NCBI GenBank assembly: GCA_041548585.1
Contig: JBFESJ010000001.1
Location: 1 to 52,216, forward strand
Origin: Desulfobacterales bacterium
GTDB taxonomy: Bacteria > Desulfobacterota > Desulfobacteria > Desulfobacterales > UBA11574
DNA length: 52,216 bases
Direction of reading: 5' to 3'
Of this stretch, positions 37,085-43,842 are shown in pieces. Made by a program: the position numbers and the translations under genes. How positions within the stretch are numbered: position 1 is the stretch's first letter; the number at the start of each line of letters is the position of its first letter. The notes under the pieces were generated by a model, which was not told the origin of the DNA, did no database searches, and worked only from the letters and a program-made list of their open reading frames with translations.

Positions 37085-38152
37085 ATGCCAAAAAAATCTA
37101 TATTCATAGACTTCCCTAATATTATTCCACCGTCCATTTCTAAAGGGATGTCGATTTCAGACCTGGTAGATGCCTTGGGACAAACATCTTTTGAGGCCCG
37201 AAATGTCTTTCGCGGAACCCGGCTTTATAAACGTATGATAGACGATAACGATACAATCTGGCTTGGTATCGCTGGAGCAGGTGTCGCTGGTGGTATGGGT
37301 GGAATGTTGAGTTCTTTACTCGAAGCCGGGTTTGTTGATGTTATCTGTTCAACCGGGGCCCAAGTATATCACGATTTGCATTTTGCTTTTGATCTCCCGG
37401 TCAAAGCCATATCGCCTTTTTGCAATGACGACGTTCTCAGGCGTCACGGTGATACCCGCATATATGATATCGGCATCCGAGAAAAAGAAACGCTTCAGGC
37501 TCAAGATGAAATCATACGTAGCTTTATCAGAGATTGTTTTCGAGATCACCTATCAAAAGGTTCACTTGCCAGTTGGGAATTTAACTTTGAGCTTGGGAAT
37601 TGGGTATTAAACAACAGTAAATACCCGGAACGAAGTTTCGTTGCTTGTGCAGCCCGCCATAAGATTCCGATATTCTGGGATTCTCTGGCCAATCATTCCA
37701 TTGCAATGAATCTAGTGCAAACAGACAGAGAAGGCTTTCCGATAATACTGTCCGCCCAAAAAGATATTTTTGATTCAGCAGCAATTGTTTTCTCATCCAG
37801 CCGTACAGGTTTTATTGTGCTTGGGGGCGGTGGGCCTAAAAATTTTATACAGCAAACCGGACCGACCATCAGTCAAATTCTCAAAATAAATTATGAGGGT
37901 GCGGGGCGCGGACTTCAGATCGGGAGCGCCATTGAAAAAGAGGGAAGCTTATCCGGATGTACCTTCAGCGAATCGGTAACCTGGGGCAAATACCGATCGG
38001 CAGATGAAGAGATGTTGGTCCAGATCTGGGGTGAATACAGTGTTATCTTTCCGATTATAGCTGCGTATTTGTTGGACAATTGTGAAAATAAATCTTCAAA
38101 AAAAATAATGGCTCGCATGCCGGAGTACATCAAAAATCTAGAACATTCTTAA
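37085..38152 (+). CDS. deoxyhypusine-synthase-like protein (possible homospermidine-type aminobutyl transferase)
   Basis: The blocks are GGGGPKNF and ESVTWGKY, the latter giving the catalytic-Lys context. I prefer the ATG at 37085 with an AAGGA RBS; the ORF opens at 37022. Confidence 0.75.
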   Translation: MPKKSIFIDFPNIIPPSISKGMSISDLVDALGQTSFEARNVFRGTRLYKRMIDDNDTIWLGIAGAGVAGGMGGMLSSLLEAGFVDVICSTGAQVYHDLHFAFDLPVKAISPFCNDDVLRRHGDTRIYDIGIREKETLQAQDEIIRSFIRDCFRDHLSKGSLASWEFNFELGNWVLNNSKYPERSFVACAARHKIPIFWDSLANHSIAMNLVQTDREGFPIILSAQKDIFDSAAIVFSSSRTGFIVLGGGGPKNFIQQTGPTISQILKINYEGAGRGLQIGSAIEKEGSLSGCTFSESVTWGKYRSADEEMLVQIWGEYSVIFPIIAAYLLDNCENKSSKKIMARMPEYIKNLEHS

Positions 38153-39072
38153 TGAAATTATATTCCAAACAATTTCTTGGTATCGGTTCGGAGTTTTCCG
38201 AATTCAAGCGTTCGGCTGTTGCCGTTTTGCCACTTCCATACGAAGGTGGTTGTACCTATGGCAAAGGTACGGCCGGAGGACCGGATGCAGTGATTGAAGC
38301 GTCTTATCATTTAGAGCTGTACGATGAGTTTTTAGCCGCCGAACCATATAGAATGGGAATTGTAACCGTTATGCCACCGGAAATCTGCTCGGATCCAAAC
38401 AGGATGCAAGAAGCTATTTACCAGAGTTCATTAGCGCTGATACAAGAAAAAAAATTCGTTGTGGCGGTTGGGGGTGATCACTCCATCAGCATCGGTTATT
38501 TTAAGGCGCTATATGAAAAATACAATCAACTATCAATCATACAACTCGATGCCCATGCAGACTTAAGAGAAACCTATGATAACAATCCCTTTAGTCATGC
38601 GTGTGTGATGTCTCGCATCCGGGAGTTTACATGCGATACTCTGCAAATCGGTATTCGAAGTATGTCTTTAGAAGAAGCCCGTCGAATAGAAAGAGAAAAT
38701 ATAGCGGTTTGGACAATGTCTGACTATCGAAGGGGGAAGTTTGACTTGGATAGTGCAATGGACTGTCTTCCGAACCCGGTATATTTAACATTTGATGTTG
38801 ATGTCTTTGACTGGAGTGTTGTTCGCAGCACGGGCACCCCTGAACCGGGTGGTTTGTTATGGGACGAAGCGATGACATTATTGCAAAAAATCTTTACAAA
38901 GAAAAACATTGTCGGATTTGATGTTGTAGAACTTTCCGGCAACCGTCATGACCGGAACTCAGCCTTTGCAGTTGCCAAGCTTATTTATAAAATGTTGGGA
39001 TTTAAACTTGATGGGGAAGTGCACAGAGGGTTGCTGAAATGGCCGGAGAAACCCTCTGGAAATTTATTTTAA
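38152..39072 (+). CDS. speB: agmatinase / ureohydrolase (arginase family)
   Basis: The ORF has the Mn-binding blocks GGDHSIS, LDAHADLR and LTFDVDVFD. Confidence 0.85.
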   Translation: MKLYSKQFLGIGSEFSEFKRSAVAVLPLPYEGGCTYGKGTAGGPDAVIEASYHLELYDEFLAAEPYRMGIVTVMPPEICSDPNRMQEAIYQSSLALIQEKKFVVAVGGDHSISIGYFKALYEKYNQLSIIQLDAHADLRETYDNNPFSHACVMSRIREFTCDTLQIGIRSMSLEEARRIERENIAVWTMSDYRRGKFDLDSAMDCLPNPVYLTFDVDVFDWSVVRSTGTPEPGGLLWDEAMTLLQKIFTKKNIVGFDVVELSGNRHDRNSAFAVAKLIYKMLGFKLDGEVHRGLLKWPEKPSGNLF

Positions 39073-39228
39073 TCACCCCCCCCCCTCATTTTGCGTTCAC
39101 GTTTAACGAAATTTGTTAGTTTCATAAAAATTTATAAATCTCTTATCATCCTGCGGATCTTTTTCCAGCTGCAGTCTATCTTTCCTTCTCTATGCTTCAC
39201 TATAAGCTTTCGGAATGCCCACCAAATA

Positions 39229-39243
39229 AGAATTTTGAGTTCC
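39229..39243. promoter_or_regulatory. candidate activator-binding palindrome upstream of the activator gene (AGAAT-N5-GTTCC)
   Basis: The sequence is AGAATTTTGAGTTCC, directly followed by cccTTGACA. The half-sites match those at 35613, 41017 and 43332. Confidence 0.35.
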
Positions 39244-39410
39244 GATTCCCTTGACAAAGATAGTCATTGAAAGAGAATCATTTTTTTTTGCACGGGCTCT
39301 TTTTATGTTTGATTTAAGTGTTGTTCTAATATAAAAATCCTGTTCTAAAGAATAAAGAATCAGGCGATAAAGGTCATTCCCTGTAAGATATAAATATTCA
39401 GGAGAAACAG

Positions 39411-40817
39411 ATGAGGTATGCTCTTATTGCTTCGGAAAAACCGGAAGCTTATAGAAAAATTTATGATGCTTTAAACCCAGGATATTTCATCGACAAAACC
39501 ACCGAAGTAAATGGGGTGGTTAAAGCCCTTGGAAAAAAGCGTTATGATCTTATTTTTATTGATATTGAGATTCTCTTTCGTTCGACCCAAGGCGCTGATT
39601 ATACAGATGTTCTGCAAAAGTTTAAACAATTATGTCCTACAATTGATATCGTTGTTATGGCCAGACCGGACATGATCAGAGAGACGGTCAAAGCCGTAAA
39701 AGCAGGTGCCAGTGATTACCTTACACTCCCTTTAGATCCGGATGAAATTCAACTGGTGACCGAAGACATCCGCGAATCGATTATTAAAGAATCCGAGCTC
39801 GATTATTTAAGAGAACAGCTCTGGAGATCGGATTTGCTGGAAATGGCTCATACCGATAATCCTGTTGTAAAAGAAGTTTTTAAAAAGTTGCGTTCAGTTG
39901 CACCGACAAAAACGACTGTTTTACTGAGCGGTGAAACAGGTACGGGAAAAGGTGTATTGGCAAAATTAATTCACAGGTATAGTAATCGGGAACATGCTCA
40001 ATTCATTTGTCTTCACTGCGGGGCCGTTCCAGACACTCTTTTAGAAAGCGAGCTGTTCGGTCATGAAAAAGGCGCTTTCACAGGCGCTTTGAAAAAAAAG
40101 TTGGGGAAATTTGAAATTGCGAGAAATGGAACCCTGTTCCTTGATGAAATCGGCACCATAACGCCTTCAGCGCAGGTTAAACTTTTGCAAGTTTTACAAG
40201 ATGGCACCTTTAGTCCCGTGGGTGCTGAAAAAACCATATCAACCAACGCAAGAATTATTACCGCAACGAATTCCGATCTAAAGAAAATGACCGAGGATGG
40301 TGATTTCAGAAAAGACTTATATTATCGTCTCAATGTCTTTCCTATCGAAATTCCGCCTTTAAGAAAAAGAAAAGAGGATATTCCTTTACTGATCCAATTT
40401 TTTCTAAAGAAACTGAGCAAAGATTTCCAAAAGGATATCAAAGACATACATCCTCAAGTCAAAGAAGCTTTTAAAAAATATTCATGGCCGGGAAATATCA
40501 GAGAGTTGGAAAACCTTTTAGAGCGGGCGTATATATTGGAAACTTCTGATTTGCTAACTCCCGAAAGTTTCCCTGCCGAGTTGTTTGAAAAAGAAATGTC
40601 ATCGGCTGTTTTGTCGATGGATACGGATGTTTCCCTCTCAGAAGCGCGTCAAAAGGCCGTACAAGGTTTCGAAAGACAATATCTTAAAGAGCTGATGTTA
40701 AGAAATAAGGGAAAAATAAACCAATCCGCCCAAGAGGCTGGCATCAGTACCCGTCAACTCCATAAACTTATGCTTAAATACGGTATTCGAAAAGAAGACT
40801 TTAAAAAGAGGGCCTGA
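39411..40817 (+). CDS. sigma54-dependent transcriptional activator (NtrC family) with atypical receiver domain
   Basis: The 468-aa ORF has Walker A GETGTGKG, the sigma54 contact loop GAFTGA and a C-terminal Fis-type HTH. The N-terminal receiver-like domain lacks the acidic DD pair and the KP lysine. Confidence 0.9.
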   Translation: MRYALIASEKPEAYRKIYDALNPGYFIDKTTEVNGVVKALGKKRYDLIFIDIEILFRSTQGADYTDVLQKFKQLCPTIDIVVMARPDMIRETVKAVKAGASDYLTLPLDPDEIQLVTEDIRESIIKESELDYLREQLWRSDLLEMAHTDNPVVKEVFKKLRSVAPTKTTVLLSGETGTGKGVLAKLIHRYSNREHAQFICLHCGAVPDTLLESELFGHEKGAFTGALKKKLGKFEIARNGTLFLDEIGTITPSAQVKLLQVLQDGTFSPVGAEKTISTNARIITATNSDLKKMTEDGDFRKDLYYRLNVFPIEIPPLRKRKEDIPLLIQFFLKKLSKDFQKDIKDIHPQVKEAFKKYSWPGNIRELENLLERAYILETSDLLTPESFPAELFEKEMSSAVLSMDTDVSLSEARQKAVQGFERQYLKELMLRNKGKINQSAQEAGISTRQLHKLMLKYGIRKEDFKKRA

Positions 40818-40827
40818 TTCTGTCGGG

Positions 40828-41000
40828 AAATAATTAAAGCGAGTACACCACCTGAATCGAGATGCGAAATTGGCGCGTTCTTTAAAAATGAGTACGTGCC
40901 CACGGGGTTGCTTTCCCGCCACTACGAAGACTTTTTTTCTCCACTTCTACGGTCTTTCCGATATGATTCAATAAAGTTGAAAATCACATCCGAATAGGAA
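40828..41000 (-). pseudogene. remnant of a small-protein gene plus terminator (copy of 42811-43011)
   Basis: Positions 40828-40885 match the terminator region 42811-42870. Positions 40931-40998 match 42953-43011 inside the 98-aa gene at about 75% identity by eye. No intact ORF remains. Confidence 0.5.
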
Positions 41001-41016
41001 TCATTTGACCACAACC

Positions 41017-41031
41017 GGAACTCTTGATTCC
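41017..41031. promoter_or_regulatory. candidate enhancer-binding-protein site (GGAAC-N5-ATTCC palindrome)
   Basis: The sequence is GGAACTCTTGATTCC. Its centre lies about 62 nt upstream of the GG of the 41085 sigma54 motif. Confidence 0.5.
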
Positions 41032-41084
41032 GATTTTTCATAAAAAAAAGTAAAATAATTCTTTAATATTGACAGGTTATGATC

Positions 41085-41100
41085 TGGCATACCTCTTGCT
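41085..41100 (+). promoter_or_regulatory. sigma54 (-24/-12) promoter
   Basis: The motif is TGGCATACCTCTTGCT, 45 nt upstream of the speD ATG. Confidence 0.8.
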
Positions 41101-41145
41101 ATCTTGAAGCCACAAAATTCAATTGTTATTTAAGAAGGTGTGCTG

Positions 41146-41550
41146 ATGAAATCTTTGGGTAACCATCTCATCATTGAACTTTATGACTGTAAAGCAGAGA
41201 TTATTAATGACCTCCATAGGGTTGAAGACATCCTTATGGAATCCGTTAACATATCTGGTGCGGAAATCATATCACCGGTCTTTCATAAGTTTAATCCACA
41301 CGGAGTAAGCGGCGTCATCGTCATTGCAGAATCTCATTTTTCCATACACACATGGCCTGAATACGGCTATTGTGCGGTGGATATTTTTACTTGCGGGGAT
41401 ACCATCGATAGCCATAAGGCTCTGATCTTTATAAAAAAAGCTTTTAAAGCAAAATCAATATCCGTTGTTGAAACCAAACGCGGTATCCTGAATTTGCCCG
41501 TTGAAAAAATCAAATACAAACCTGAACAGGTTGACCAAAATGTTGTATGA
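41146..41550 (+). CDS. speD: S-adenosylmethionine decarboxylase proenzyme (class 1, SpeH/SpeD type)
   Basis: The ORF has MKSLGNHLIIELYDC and the self-processing block VIAESHFSIHTWPEYGY. I prefer the ATG at 41146 with an AAGAAGG RBS. Confidence 0.85.
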   Translation: MKSLGNHLIIELYDCKAEIINDLHRVEDILMESVNISGAEIISPVFHKFNPHGVSGVIVIAESHFSIHTWPEYGYCAVDIFTCGDTIDSHKALIFIKKAFKAKSISVVETKRGILNLPVEKIKYKPEQVDQNVV

Positions 41551-41941
41551 TAAAGAATATGCTGAACTCAAATCACGCTTTGAAGAGAAACGGTCATGGG
41601 GGATGCTGTCAAGTATCGACCTTTATGGGTGCGACCCTGCTCTGATACGTGATGCTGACAAGATCAAGGAATTCGTTAAATTATTATGTGAAAAGATAAA
41701 GATGAAGCGGTATGGTGAAACGGTTGTGGTCCATTTTGGCCAAGATCCGAGAGTCTCCGGATTTTCAATGACACAACTCATTGAAACATCACTCATCTCA
41801 GGACATTTTGCCAATGAGTCAAACAGCGTATATATTGACGTCTTTAGCTGTACGTTTTATCATCCGTGGAAAGTTGCCGAATTTACAAAAGCATTCTTTA
41901 AAGCCCAAAATTATAAAATTCATATTGTATTGAGAAAATGA
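41540..41941 (+). CDS. divergent AdoMetDC-fold paralog (Thr-Ser instead of Glu-Ser at the processing site)
   Basis: LIETSLISGHFANESNSVYIDVFSC aligns with VIAESHFSIHTWPEYGYCAVDIFTC of speD. The ATG at 41540 overlaps the speD stop by 11 nt. Confidence 0.6.
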   Translation: MLYDKEYAELKSRFEEKRSWGMLSSIDLYGCDPALIRDADKIKEFVKLLCEKIKMKRYGETVVVHFGQDPRVSGFSMTQLIETSLISGHFANESNSVYIDVFSCTFYHPWKVAEFTKAFFKAQNYKIHIVLRK

Positions 41942-42759
41942 AATGGATTCGTGATAAGTGGGCGCCTAATGGAGCGGCCACAAATGTAAAAGTTGTAAGA
42001 CACCTGGAATCTTATTCCTCTAAATTTCAGAAAATTGATGTATATGAGACAGCAAAGCTCGGGAAGATGCTTTTACTGGATGATATCATCATGTTAACGG
42101 AATATGATGAGTTCGCATATCATGAAATGATCGTACATCCGGCACTGCACGTTCATCCGAAGGTAAAAAAAGTATTGGTCGTTGGCGGGGGAGACGGAGG
42201 AACTGTCAGGGAGATATTGAAACATTCCGATATCCAAGAAGTCCATGTGTGTGAAATTGATGAAGAGGTCATCTCGGTCTGTAAAAAACATTTTCCAACC
42301 CTTGCGTTGGGATTTGATGACCCTAAAGTAAAGATATTTTTTGAAGACGGGGCTTTCTTTGTTCAGGAAAGAAAAAATGAATATGATCTGATTATTGTGG
42401 ATTCATCCGACCCCATCGGACCGGCGGAAGTCCTTTTTCAGGAACAGTTTTACAGAAACATGTTCGATGCTTTAAAGGAAGACGGTATTACCGTAACTCA
42501 ATCGGAAGGCATGTTCTTTGATAGAGAAACCATCAGAAAATTGTTTGCATTCAATCGCAACATCTTTCCAATCCTTTATTACTATTTCACGATGGTACCG
42601 ACATATCCTTCCGGTACCATCGGATTTTCGTTTTGCTCAAAGAAACACCATCCCATAAAAGACATATATACAAAAAAAGGAATCACGACAAGATATTACA
42701 CCCCGGACATACACAAGGGCTCATTTATCTTGCCAAGATTTATGGACGATATCGTCTAA
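41938..42759 (+). CDS. speE: spermidine synthase (aminopropyltransferase)
   Basis: The ORF has the blocks VLVVGGGDGGTVREILKH and IIVDSSDPIGPA and overlaps the upstream gene by ATGA. Confidence 0.88.
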   Translation: MKWIRDKWAPNGAATNVKVVRHLESYSSKFQKIDVYETAKLGKMLLLDDIIMLTEYDEFAYHEMIVHPALHVHPKVKKVLVVGGGDGGTVREILKHSDIQEVHVCEIDEEVISVCKKHFPTLALGFDDPKVKIFFEDGAFFVQERKNEYDLIIVDSSDPIGPAEVLFQEQFYRNMFDALKEDGITVTQSEGMFFDRETIRKLFAFNRNIFPILYYYFTMVPTYPSGTIGFSFCSKKHHPIKDIYTKKGITTRYYTPDIHKGSFILPRFMDDIV

Positions 42760-42819
42760 CTCGGCGTCTTTATTCCAGGCAGATAGAACATTTTGGTAGA
42801 TCAGAACCATGAAATAATA

Positions 42820-42869
42820 AAAGCGAGCGCACGACCTGCATCGAAATACGAGATCGACGCTCGCTTTTA
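42820..42869. terminator. bidirectional intrinsic terminator between speE and the convergent 98-aa gene
   Basis: AAAAGCGAGCG (42820-42830) pairs with CGCTCGCTTTT (42859-42869). A/T runs flank the stem on both sides. Confidence 0.6.
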
Positions 42870-42873
42870 AAGA

Positions 42874-43170
42874 TTATGATTCTGTTTTTTCCAGTATTTT
42901 ATAAGATTTTACATGAATGACCTTGGCGCCTTCCTCTTCGATGACTTCGCCGATGACTTCTACGGCCTTACCGACATGATTCAACAAATCGTTGCCCATA
43001 TCCGTATCTGCAACTTCATACACGGTGCCGTTTTCTGCAACAATCTGATATGTGTCGTTGATCGTTCCGGTTATGGTGATTTCGTCGGCGAATACCGGAT
43101 TTGAACACATCAATATAAACGAAAAAACGCATATTATTCCTGCTGCAATCCATCTGAACTTTTTATCCAT
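42874..43170 (-). CDS. small secreted protein, family member 3 (signal peptide + same core pattern)
   Basis: The 98-aa ORF has the signal peptide MDKKFRWIAAGIICVFSFILMCSNPVFA. The core ITITGTI...VYEVADTDMGNDLLNHVGKAVEVIGEVIEEEGAKVIHVKSYKIL follows the pattern of the 84/82-aa proteins. Confidence 0.65.
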   Translation of the reverse strand: MDKKFRWIAAGIICVFSFILMCSNPVFADEITITGTINDTYQIVAENGTVYEVADTDMGNDLLNHVGKAVEVIGEVIEEEGAKVIHVKSYKILEKTES

Positions 43171-43262
43171 TTTATGTCTCCTCTCATTCTGGTGTTTAGT
43201 TTAAAAAGACAACCGCGATGACTTTTCACGAGTCTACCAAGCGTTCTATGAAAGACTAACTT

Positions 43263-43278
43263 AGCAATATGTATGCCA
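43263..43278 (-). promoter_or_regulatory. sigma54 (-24/-12) promoter
   Basis: The minus strand reads TGGCATACATATTGCT. Confidence 0.8.
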
Positions 43279-43331
43279 GTATAAATAAAGGCTGAAAATA
43301 ACGGAATTCAATTCTTTACAAGAGGCGTTTC

Positions 43332-43346
43332 AGAACTCAGGATTCC
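43332..43346. promoter_or_regulatory. candidate enhancer-binding-protein site (AGAAC-N5-ATTCC palindrome)
   Basis: The sequence is AGAACTCAGGATTCC. Its centre lies about 62 nt upstream, on the minus strand, of the GG of the 43263 sigma54 motif. Confidence 0.5.
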
Positions 43347-43697
43347 GAGCGTTTAAAAGAAATTCTTGTTTTGCGGTTGTTGGGGCAATTTTATTAAGAC
43401 ACACCATTTAAAAAAAGTGACATCCTTATTTTAAGAATAAGGGAATTTTATGAAGCAATAGTTCCGATTTTCTTAAAGGAGAACTTAGCGTTCGGTTTTA
43501 CGACGCAAAAACGTATGTTTTCTCATAAAAACCATTCGGTTTAATTGAATATGTCTTTCCGGTTTTTGCTGATAATTCTCAAATTTTAAAATGATTTAAA
43601 ACCGATATTCACATTTTATTCTATCGTTTTTAATAAAAATTTAGATAGTTAATCAAAAATCGCATCGTTGATTTTAAGCCAAGACCCAGTTTTTAAA

Positions 43698-43729
43698 TCA
43701 TAACCAAGAGTCCCGGAATCAGGTTATGA
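43698..43729. promoter_or_regulatory. 8-bp perfect inverted repeat (TCATAACC-N16-GGTTATGA) upstream of the 43766 sigma54 promoter
   Basis: The repeat is seen directly and its centre lies about 54 nt upstream of the promoter GG. The sequence differs from the GGAAC-type palindromes. Confidence 0.35.
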
Positions 43730-43765
43730 AAATTGACCCTATTAAAATCGGATCATTGACTTTTT

Positions 43766-43781
43766 TGGCATGACTGTTGCT
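43766..43781 (+). promoter_or_regulatory. sigma54 (-24/-12) promoter
   Basis: The motif is TGGCATGACTGTTGCT, 62 nt upstream of the methyltransferase::ATP-grasp ORF. Confidence 0.8.
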
Positions 43782-43842
43782 CTTATCTATGGGTGAAGGA
43801 ACTGGTAAAATGTGAACCAATCAACCCACTATTAAAGGAGGC

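Noticed and set aside
40698-40922. A 74-aa minus-strand ORF overlaps the 3' end of the activator gene.
   Set aside because: It is antisense to a well-supported gene. The real homology in this region is at the nucleotide level, to the 98-aa gene and terminator, in a different frame.
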